A model generated the notes under the pieces. That model did not search any database, was not told where the DNA came from, and was given only the letters and a program-made list of their open reading frames with translations. From positions 65,906,001-65,970,000 of the forward strand of contig CM060731.1 of NCBI GenBank assembly GCA_030704615.1: a stretch of 64,000 bases of DNA, read 5' to 3'. The stretch comes from Takakia lepidozioides (Eukaryota; Plantae; Bryophyta). Of the stretch, positions 24,901 to 36,900 are shown piece by piece (within the stretch, counting starts at the first letter, position 1; each line of letters begins with the position of its first letter). The position numbers and the translations under genes were made by a program.

Positions 24901-27900
24901 TGTTGTTATGTGAGGACTATGCATTGATTTGTGGTTACATTGCAAAAACTAGCTTAACCTTTTCCATCAATAATCAATATGTGCAGGGAATGGCAAGTGG
25001 AGGACTATGGTTGTGCCTGGATGAATTTGATTGCCTAAGGCTGGAAATTCTGTCGGTCTTTACACAACAACTGCTGAGTATACAGCAAGCTGTATTGCTG
25101 GGTGCTCACAGGTTCACGTATGAGGGGGCTGGAATGCTGCTGAATGCCACTTTTGCAATTTGTACGACCATGAAGCCAAGAGAAAGGGTATGCAGAGGTC
25201 AGCTGCATGATATTCGTGCATTGTTTCGCCCCATTTCCATGATAATGCCCGACATGTATTTCATTGCCCGGGTCCTCTTGATTGCAGAAGGATTCCAGGA
25301 TGCTGATGTTGTTGCCCAGAAGCTGACACTGTGCTTTCACATGGCGGATGAGCAGCTCAGCTCAGAGGATAACCACTGTGACTTTGGACTGAGGGCTATG
25401 AGGGCAGTCATTAAATGGATGAGTGTTTTGCACTCTGCCCCTGAGGAGTGGTTCACAAGTGTCTCTGTTGCTTGCAAAGGAGACTTGATCCTCTACAAGA
25501 CTTTGCAGCAATATTGCTTACCTCGGTTAGTGGGTGACGGATTTCATCTCTTCTCTGATCTTTTAGTAGACCTATTCCCTTATTTGGATGTTTCCTCCAT
25601 GAAGCAAGGAGGAATAGAGGCTTGCATAAAGCTGCACCTAGAGCAACGTGGGTTTTGTGCACAAGACGCACTGATTGAGAAGTGTTTGCAGCTGTATGGA
25701 ACAATGAAAGTACATCAAGGAGTGATGATTGTGGGTGGGTCAGGCACAGGCAAGACACAATGCTATGCAAGTCTTGCTGAAGCCCTCAACGTTTTGGATC
25801 AAGGCCACAGCCATTGTGGGCCAGAGCCTCAGACTAGTCGAGCTTGCAAGCCTGTGAATGTAGCAGTGGTGAATCCAAGTGCTGTGTCCACATCCCATTT
25901 GTTTGGAAGTGTGAACACCAAGACGCAGACCTGGCAGGAAGGCATTTTATCCCACATCCTAGAATGCTGCAAAGAAGCTGCACATACACGTGGAACTCTT
26001 TGGATGGTGCTGGACGGATGCATGGATGAACCCTGGGTGGAAAGTGTCAACACGATGCTTGATGATACTGGCCTCCTTTGCTTGAACAATGGGAAGCGTG
26101 TCTCTGTGCCCTCTTTAAGTACATTAAGTGTGCTGTTTGAGATAGAAAATTTGAGAGGGGTGTCTCCAGCTACTGTGTCACGGTGTGGCATTGTGCTCAT
26201 GAGCCCAGATGGACCTGGGTGGCGCCCATTGATCTCTTCTTGGATTAAACACTGGTCCCCCTCTATTCTCAAGTCCTTTCTCCAAGATCTGTGTGAATGT
26301 CTTCTCCCATCTTGCCTTTACATGGCATCTCGCTGTTCTCAACTGCCGATGGCTGATGTAGGACTGGTGACAAATTTTCTTCATTTTCTTGAGGCCATGC
26401 TGAGAGCAACAGGCATTTGGTCACAACAGCTTTCAAGATCAAAAAAGAGGGTAGAGGTCTATAGTATGCCAACTGATAGCAGGTATAGACTGGTTACTCA
26501 ATCCAAGAGAAAAGCTACGTTTGCAGATCCAAGGAAGGAAAACCAGTGTGTTGTTGAAACACACAAACAAATAAGGGAGGCAATCAGCTGGAGACGTCTA
26601 CACCACCAAAAGAAAACACAAGATGCTCAGGCAGAAGATGCTGACATGGGGATGGTCATGTCAAAAGATCTCAAAGACTGTCACCGACAGATGCAGGATG
26701 AGGACACTCTCAGGGATGTGTTTGACAATGGACATCTTCCATTTATAAAAGAAAGGGTGGGATCTCTCTTCATTTTTGGGCTGGTGTGGTCTATAGGGGG
26801 TCTTTTCAGCACTGCAGAGAATTGCAAGCACTTTGACAAGGTTGTGAGGGAGCGTGCTGCACCTCACATGGAAGAACTTGGGTGTCTTCCCTCAGGTTCT
26901 TTATATGACTACTTCTATGACCCGAAATGTCAATCTTGGAAGAGCTGGAAGCAGTTTATTTCTCCTGGTCACGGTGCAGGCATCCATGTGATGTCATGGT
27001 CACCTCAGAGCTTGAGTTTTCAGTCACACATTGGTCTGAGCATGGATAATGAGGTGTTGTATGTGCCCACTGAAGAGACAGTTCGGTATGAGATGCTAGC
27101 TAAATGTCTAGGTGAAGTTGCCCGGCCAGTTCTACTGTCTGGAAGGGCGGGCAGTGGAAAGACAATAGTTGCTGCTCATCTGTTGCATCAGCTTGCAAGC
27201 ACAGGCAATTACCAAGTCGTGGGGATCACTCTACATGGCACAAGTACAGGGTCCTCCTTGCATGACATACTTAGGCCAAGGCTAGCAATCCAGAAAAGAG
27301 GGCTTTTAGCACCTGCCATCCACAAGAAACTGGCCATATTTATTGATGATCTAAACATGTCAGCTCCTCCTGCCCTACAGTTTCTACGTTTTCTTATTGA
27401 ACAGAAAGGCTGGTACGGCCTGCCTGCTGATGCTTCCTACACTGCTGTGCAAGGCCTTGTGCATTCAGCTGCCATGACCTTTCAAGGAACAAGCCCAGAC
27501 TCACATTTAGCAAGACTTTTAAGGCATTATTTTGTTGTTCAATGTTGTGATTACAAAAGCTCTTCCCTGGCTTCAGTATTCAATGCAGCCCTTGAAAGTC
27601 AGTACAACAAGCTCAATTGGGACTGTGGAAGCGTGCTTCAGTCCATCAGCGAAGCATCTGTGCAAGTCTTTTTGCAGCTTAAAGCAGCCATACCTTCTGA
27701 TCGTCTCCAATGCAGTTTGGGACTACATGACCTTTATCGTGTCCTCAAGCGCCTCATACATGCCTCCCTGCAGAATTTCATAACACAAGAAGCCCTCTTC
27801 AGTGTGTGGGCAAATGAATTTTGTCGAGCTATCTGTGACCGTCTCAAAAATCCAGCTGACAGGACCTTGGTTGTTACCCTTTTGTCTGAGACAACTGTCA

Positions 27901-30900
27901 TCCCTAAAGGCGAGATCCAGACTTCATTTCTTCAGTCCCTCATTAGGGAAGATGAGCAGCCCATTTTCGGTAGATACATGTGCAACACTGACACAGGTGG
28001 GGTGCAGGCTTGGTCACAGTATGAAGCAATCACAGAGAGAAACAAATGGGCAGAGTGCATGAACAAACTCATGGCAGACGTGAAAGGGGGTCTTCAAACG
28101 CCCCTTGTACTTTTCCCTGAAGCTTTGACACATCTTTCTCGCATATTGCGTATATTGCAAATGCCAGCTGGGCATGCCCTGCTTTTAGGTCATTCAGGAA
28201 GTGGAAGGGGCTCCCTCACACGAGTTGCTACTCATATCTTGGGCTACGACCTCTATGAGGTGAAAAGATTACTTGTGCTATGTTGGCTAAGAAAGGCTCT
28301 ATTGTATGGAGGATTGTTAGTCTTTGTCTTCATCTCTGATGCTATTTCTGTTCAGTTGAATTGTGTAAGTATGGAGATTTCTCGATGGTTATAAAAATAT
28401 ATTGACTCTGAACTCGTAGAGTCTGTCTATTCTACTGAATGTGTTATACCGAAAGGTACCAAAACGTCTGATTAATCTCTCTTCCCCTCTCCACAACCCC
28501 CCATCTGGGTCCATGACACATGACCTGTGTCCAAGGGTTTCATGTCCTTCCGTTTCTTTCTCAAATACAGCCTGGGGTGCCTTCCTAAGACTGGAGGTCT
28601 TAAACCTTCACAGAGCCCTTGTACACCTTTCTAATTCAAATTAGGACTTGCCACCATCATAAGGATTCACAAGTGGTGTCCAACTGAGGAACTGTGAACA
28701 CACCAGTGATCGGACAATGTATACATTCAGGTGCAATTCAATAGCAACTACAGTCATCAAATGTGGAAAGCCGACCTCCGCCACCTAATTCAGGTTTGCA
28801 CCCTTCAAGAGCGGGCAACAGTGTTACTACTGATTGAAGAAGCTGACTTTACTTCACAGGGCACAATTATGCAAGACCTTAATCAGATGCTTCACTGTGG
28901 GGAGGTATTCTTCTCTCCTTTCCTTGTCTTATTTATGTGAGACACAGATCAAGATTAACTAACGAGATGATTAGCTGATCTTGAGCGACAAAGGTGCTTC
29001 TTAGTTACATGCCAAATACAGTGAATGAAGGTTGGATTTGTCCTTAGAGCAACTTAACCCCTGAAGAACAACTGGCTCAAAATCTCTTGGCTTGAGGGGG
29101 AAGGGAAGCTTGTTGTTGTTACCGTCATATGTGCGAGGCCACATACCTTTGGAGTGCGCCAACCAGTGGTTCCAATCTGCTCCTGCAAGATAAAACTGGT
29201 TCATCCTGTCCTTCAAATAAAGCTCAGAACTTAGCTATTGGCAAGATGGCAATCTGCAAAATGTCACTTAATTTTGCAGTCATTTTAAATAATATTGGTT
29301 GTAGAAACACTAGCCTATAGACTCTTTCCCATTCTGAGCAGTTTGCCAGGGCGAGTCACCGCTTGCATCTACTCATTAGGCATGTGTACGTTCGCATGGT
29401 TGGGGGCGTTGAGGGCTTTAAATGGCAGCTTCTAATTTAGTTGCCCATCTGTCACCAAAAATGACAGGCTTTGCAGCTTCTTGGAGAAGAAGAGAAGTAT
29501 TACCTCCAGCAAGAGCTACATCGTTTGGAGGACACCAACAATCTTGAGCTTGCCTTTCGGCTTGATATGGGAAGTGACAGAGAGCAGTTTTTAAATATGT
29601 GTTTCCTGAGCCGCCTCAAATCTAAACTCCATGTGGTAAGTCAGAACAGAAATCCCACTCGGTAACCAGATATTTGCAGAAATGAAATGATACTTTATAA
29701 GAGAAAGACAGAAGAAAAGAAACTTTATAGCACTCACAAGGGCCCTGAGGGTCCATGGGACTAATAATAAGAAAACTACTTCAGAAAACACTGAACGACA
29801 CCTGAAGACAAAGTGCCTCATGCAAGTAGGGTTCCAGGCACTAGTCTTCAAAGCTGAATGCTTCTCCAACTGGGAGTTTCTAAAGAGATAATAGTATCTG
29901 CCTCAGATGTTGTAGTAGGCAGGACAGGAAGACATGGTACTTTGGTTTTGAGGAAGGACAATTAATCTGTCCACATTAATTACAGAGCTGATGGGACAGG
30001 ATTGCATAACAAATACAGAGAGATAAGGCAGAGAACGTACCGAAGCAATCATAAATTATGGTGTCTCCTCAACTCAACATCCACAAGAGAGGAGAGGAAA
30101 GTTGGTTTATGAGTCAGATTGCACTTAGCTGTACCAGTGGACAGGCGAAAGAGGTTTACAAAAGGACACTGGACACATACGTTCACTGCTCTCATTGTGA
30201 CATTGATCGACATCCAATAGATAGCCCAGTGGTCAGGGTAATGTTACTCTTTCACTAGTGGTTGTAGGTTCAAAACCACATATGGGTGTTGGATATCATA
30301 AAGGTGTCCACCTTCCCATTGGAAGGCAGTAGCCCGTCGGGGTCTAAGTGACACCATAAGTTATGCTTGCTTCAGCAAGAGTCCACAGTTATAAGTTTTA
30401 TGTATTGGCATTGATCTCAAATTATGCTTCTCCACGAGTTATCTTCCCGATGCAGATGATTTCTGTTTGCTGTGTTCAGGGTCACAGTAACAATGAAGTC
30501 ATTTTTTCGGTGCTTAAGAACTGGGTGATTGTTTAGTTTATGAGGACAGAGAGGTGGTTACAGTGTTTGGATGTTGTATCTACCAGCTGGGAAGCTGGAC
30601 AATTGCTTCTGTATGTTCTATTCATGTACTTCTATATTGAATTTCCTGACAAGTAGACGGAGTGCGTGAAAATTTCAAGGTTGTATGATGAAGCTTCACA
30701 TGAGCTCTGGCATGCGGGACATTCTGCAACTATGCAGGTGATCTGTGCAGGAGATGATGCTTGCCAAAAAGGGCTGCTGTTGTCAACAGTCATTGCCAAT
30801 CATTTCGCAGTGGATTACTATGATTGTTGGACATCAGGGGCATTGCAGGCAGTGGCAAAAGCTAGGCTCGGTGAGCATGTGCATGTGAAGCACCTACCTG

Positions 30901-33900
30901 CCCGGCACCTCCAGCTTTTGGTTGCAGCTTGTGCTCATATCCATTCTGTCAGCAACGTCCTTGCAGCCAACTCATCTGTGGTATAATCTGAATCGAACTT
31001 TTTTCCTTCTTAGATTATTTATCTGCCAAACCTCTTTTCCCCTTACTTTGCTGTGGAAGGCAGTGTAGCGATACATACATTTTGAACGTGTCCGAGGCTT
31101 TTGATGGTGCATCACCCAATGAGAAAGCTGATACAATAACTAACTAATGTACGTGCCACTGCACGTTTGGGATTAACTTTCCCTCTGCGACATACTTGAC
31201 TTGACCCCGGCAGCTAAGTGTGGGTGTTGCAGAAGGGAGCATCAAACTTTGTAGGCATGCCAAGTTACAATGAGATGTTACATGTGTTTGGCATAATTTT
31301 AGATCATAAAGGAAAGGAGGTGGACAGTTTTCTACTTCGCCTAGAGACAGGGCTAAAAAAACTGCAATCTACCCGCCAGCTGGTAGCGGCCATGCAACAT
31401 GAGTTGCAGGAACTGTTGCGATGTAAGGAGAACACCAATGCTGATATGGACCAGCTGCTTTTCTCGATTTCAGAAGAACAATCTGAGATGGATAAGGCCC
31501 TGGCAGCCGTATCATCTGAAGAAAGGGCGGCAGTTGCGGACGCAGAGCTGTGCAGACGGCTGGCCCAGGAAGCTCAGATGCAAGTTCAGGAGGTTGCTCC
31601 ACAGGTTATTTTCGCCTGTCTGTAGAAGGCTTCCTTGTTTCCCATACAACAGGCTGGCAATTGAGCTTATTCTACACCTTGATCTATGTCTCACTGTCAT
31701 CAACATGAAACTTCTCTTGTGTTGGTGTCAGCAGAGAAGCAGCACCAAGACATCAACTAATTCACTGCTGTCACTGTCAATATTTACGTGCAATTCAGAA
31801 GGCATGCCTACTGACAATGTCATTACCCTCTGTTCTAAAAGTTACGTGAGGCATTAATGCAGGTCATGATTGCCATCAAGCAACTCAGTCAACTAAACAA
31901 GAAGGATATCTCCGAGCTCAAATCATTTACACAACCACCTCCACGTCTACTCATTGTTTTGGAGGCGCTATGCATAATTCTTCAAAAGAATCCGGTGAGA
32001 AAACGGATAATTCCTGTAAGCAGCAGTGTTAAAGGTGAACTCACCGACAACTACTGGCCTGTTGCACGCGAACTTCTGTCACAGGTCTTCCTTTTCCTCC
32101 TTAGACCATACCCTGTCTGGGATTAACTTTTCTCACTAACGAATCATGGTCTTGATGATCTTACAATAAATGTACCTATACATCTTTTGGATTCATTTGG
32201 TCCATGTCAGTAGAACATTTTATTTCACTGAAGTTTGTTGCTGCTGCCAATGTTCCACTTTAATTTTGTTCCGATGCTTCTAAATTTCAAAAAGGATACA
32301 ATGGAGAACTTCAAATAGTGAAGCTGAGGCTTTACATGGAAAACTCATAGTTTAAACCACTAAATGCAGAAAGAATTTCAGTAGCGTACCATTCCATTTG
32401 TGTGTGAATTCTTTGAAATTCTTGCTGCACATTAAAAAGTCTGATGCTAGTCAAGTTCGTTGCTGCTGCAAATGGTCCAGGTTAATTTTGTTCAGATGCT
32501 TCTACATTTCAACAAGGATACAATGGAGAACTTCACTATGGAGAAGTTGAGGCCTTACATGGAGAACCCACAGTTTAAACCAGAAAAAGTTCAAAGAATT
32601 TCAGTAGCCTGCCGTTCCATTTGTGTGTGGATTCGGGCAATGTACAAGTATCATCATGCCAAGACTGTGAAGATGGAGCCTCGGATACAGAAACTTAAGG
32701 TGCTCTATCTTGTTTTTCCTTCTCAGCTAGTAATTTTAGCGAGCTTTGCAACTCTTAGGTTTCCAGGTCACATATTAGGCATTGAAATGAAATGAAATGG
32801 TGCTTTATAATGTCCGAGGAAAGCTCATAGAGCTTATGGGACAAAATGGAAGAAAACATGAGAGAGGAACAAATCCAGAAACCACAATTAATGTTCTAGT
32901 GAATGTCTAAGGGTGAAGGCCTCGTGCAGGTAGGCTGCCAAGCATTTTTGATCCTCATAGTGAAAGACATCAGTGAGAGTTTGGGTTCCACTGAATAAAC
33001 AGTGGAATCTCCCACGGATCTCGTAGAATAGAGGGCAGTAGAAGAAGTGTTCTTCAGTTTCAATTTCCTTGCTGCGCCCTATGCAAGCTGGACATAGGCG
33101 GTCCTCCCGTTGCAGGCTTTCCCATCTGCCAGTCTCTATCCGTAGGTTGTGGGAACCCACCCTGAACCGCCCCAATGCCCTCAGGAGGGAAGGAGATAAG
33201 GATGCTGAAAGGCATTGAGAAAGTTTGAGTTGGAAATTTTTCTGTCAACAATTTTCGGAGATCTTGTGGATTGAGTGTTTCTGCACGGATCATTGTTTTT
33301 CTGCATGACAAACTACACTCACAAATCGATCAAGAAATAAAAGTTCAGTACCCTCGAGACTCAGTTACCACATCACCACTCTACACAGCAAAATGTGAAG
33401 ATGCAAGGTGAAGTACTTTGTAGGGTTTCTGTAATTCTTTTTCCGGACAGTTCATTTAATACGTGATTTTGTTGGTCCAGGTGGCCAATCAAAACCTTGA
33501 AACATGCAAGGAAAAGCTGCGAGAGAAACGACAAAATCTGGCAGCTGTTGAAGAGAACCTACGTCACTTGAAAGCCAGGTAGAATGTTTTCTCAGTTCTT
33601 ATCCTCTAACTCTTGTCAACACCTAAGCTTGTCTTCTTTTGTTTGACAGCAACCTGTCATCTGTTAGGGGAGGTCTCACTGAAAGGAAAAGAGCTGGAAA
33701 GGATAAGAGGTTTCTAGTGTCCAGGAGACAACCTAAATCCAGCGTCAATAGTGGTAGTGAAGGCAAAGGTTAATTTTCCATTTTGTATAGAGAACAAGTT
33801 GCAATACAGAGCTTTTGCAATCAAATCAAGTGAACTAATGGTGCAGTTCATCATATAGGTAGCAACAATTATCTCCAGTTGTAGTAGGCTTCAGCTACTG

Positions 33901-36900
33901 TGTGCAAAAAGTTTGTATTGATGGCAGGTATGAGAATGCGAGGCTCACAAAGAACAGTCTCGCAAGAAAAGCTGAGGATTCAGACTTCAAACTGCAGAGA
34001 GCGGTGCGACTGATAACACAGCTGGATGGAGAATGTAGTCGTTGGAGCAAGCAAGTGAATGATCAGAAAGCACAAAGGGAAAATATGGTTGGTGATGCCC
34101 TCTTAGCTGCCAGCTATGTTGCATATCTGGGGGCATTTCCAGCTGCAGTGCGCTTGCGCAGCTTAGCAGAATGGCAGGCAAGATTCAGCCATATTGAGCT
34201 GCCCTACTCCACAGACTTTTCATTCGTCAGTTTCTGCAGCACCCCACAGCACATCAAAGCTTGGGCTGCTGCAGGCCTTCCTCCGGATCAACATTCTCTT
34301 GAAAATGCAATCATTGTTTCAAATAATTCTCGGCCCACACTCCTTCTGGATCCTCAAGGGCAAGGAAGCAAGTGGATTCATAGCATAACAGATCCACAAT
34401 CCGCTGTGACCATTGACATACACTCTTCAACTTTTTCTAAGGAAGCTGATCTCTGCATCTCAATTGGTCGGTTGCTTCTGGTTGAGAATGTTGGTGGCAA
34501 CATCCCCCCTGATCTCCTCAAACTTATCACATCCCCGAGAATTTCAAGGCCAAAGTCCAGCATTGAGCATGGAGGTCTACAATGCCAGTGTGTTCTGTTG
34601 TCATATGAGGAAGGCTTCTCTTGCTGCAATGAGGTACACTGTGCTGGACCATTGCAGTATTTTTTCATTAACAGAGCAGGTTAAATGTAGTTCAGTCTTG
34701 CAGAATAAGGGGGCTGGGTAAGAGCTTAAGTGGCTTGCAGATGTTGGAAGAAAAGCAAGATGAATAAGCATCCTGGATGGGATAGCAAAAAAAGACATTA
34801 ATGAAATGAATGACACTTTATAGCGTTTGCGGAAATGAAATGAAATGGTACTTCATAAAGTGAGCTTATGGGACTAAAGAAAGCAGGAAACAAGAAAGAG
34901 AGTGGCCATCAATAAGCAGCCCTCAACAAGCAGAAAGAGCTCATGAGAAAGAGGAAAATAGAAATAAAAAAGTGGGGAATCCAACAACTGGCCACCACAA
35001 ATATGAAATTACAACTCAATTTTGAGCCATCAATAAGCAGCCCTCAACAAGCAGAAAGAGCTCATGAGAAAGAGGAAAATAGAAATAAAAGAGTGGGGAA
35101 TCCAACAACTGGCCACCACAAATATGAAATTACAACTCAATTTTGAGCTATGGTGATCTCATGAAGATATGCTGCAAGGCATCAGGCATCTAATCCTCAT
35201 AATGGAAGAAACGTAGAAAGTGAGGGAAGGAGGGTGGCCTGAAAGTGACTAGGTAGAGGTTAGACAAGCTCCCACGAGGAGATATGCACCAGAAACATAA
35301 GGGAAAACTTCTCAGAACTAACCACACACTGATGCTGCTTTGTTGCAGGCAGGCGCCAGTCTCAATGTTGTGGACTTCACTGTTACCTTTCATGGTCTTT
35401 GTAGTCAGCTCCTCTCTATAGGTATGCTACGGTCTATTTTTGGCTACAGTTGACTAGACTCTTGCCCTATGAATATTCTGCTGTATTATTTCTAACATCT
35501 TCATTTATCAGCCACTTCATTCCCAGTCTTGCTCGTATCTATTTGGTTGCTTCATGCTTTCCTCTTTCTCACAGCTTAGATCAAAAGTCCTTGGCCTGGC
35601 GTCATTACCCTTTTCACTGTCAAACCAGGGTTCTACCTCTTTCTTCAGTCCCATGGGCACTAGGCCCCCTGTGGATGGTGTAGCTTTTGTCAAAGGAGGG
35701 AAATTGAAACTGAAGAACATTTCTTCTTTCTATGAGATCTTTCAGAGCTATTCCACTATGAGGATATCATATCTGGTTGTTTTTGGTTGTGGACCCCACT
35801 CTCTTTCTTCTTTCCTACTTTAAGCTCTTTGTGCTTTCCAGTACGTTATAAAGTCTCGTTTCACTTAAGTTTTTTGAACTATTTATCATTTGTCCCTGTG
35901 TATTCTGCTGAAAATTAGCCATTGTACAATTCCATGATGATCTTTGGCTGTATAATTCAGCATTGTCTGTCTTTGACTTGGCAAAGACTCCATAGGCAAG
36001 CCTAAGAAAGGGTAGACCTGTGAAGATATTTGGAACTGTGACTTCAGCTGCTGAGAAGGAGAGACCAGACCTAGAGGAGGAACGTAATCAGCTATTACAC
36101 CAACGACTGTTGTTGAACTGTCGCCTGCATGAGATGGAAGACCAGATCTTAACTCTTCTACAGGGCACCATGGTACAGATCTGACCAATCTTGGTATTCG
36201 TGTTGACATGGTACTCTGTCGGTATGACAAGTTGACATTAGATACTTGCTGGGATGGAGTTTGGAGGAAATAGCTATCCATAACACAGATATATGGTTTC
36301 TATGTTTCTATTGGTCAAAAAACAGAGGTCTTGGCAACAACTTTTGTTTTTTGCAGGAAACTATTCTCGATAATGAGGTATTGGAAGAAGCTCTGTCAAA
36401 AGCAACAGCCATGCATGCTGGTATTCAGGTATGTTCTTCCTTAAATGCCATGTGGATGTAAACATAATAAGTAAGAACATTTCTCTCTATGGGTTGCAGG
36501 TCAATCTTAGCAAAACTTAGATCATGGTTCTCCATGGCCAGGCGGACTGGAGATTCATCTTCAACCAACAGGAGATTGAGATCGTCAAATCATATTAATA
36601 CCTGGGTCTGGTTATCCACTTTCCCAAATTCCAGTTTGCACTGACTGCCGTGGACAGATCGACACAGGGCAAGGCCTCCATCCACCTTCAGGCCAAATGC
36701 AAACAGAGACACATCTGCGCCCCGCCCAACCAAAAAGTGGCTATTGGAGATTCTTCTATTCCCCTCTTTATTGGAGGCCTTCGGCTTTGAAAGCTCTGAA
36801 GTACCTCTTCTTACTTGCTTGAGGCACATCACTTGATATATCCTGATGCTCAGTCATTGTATCACTCCCCAAGCCAATCTCCCTTTCCCATAACCTCCAA

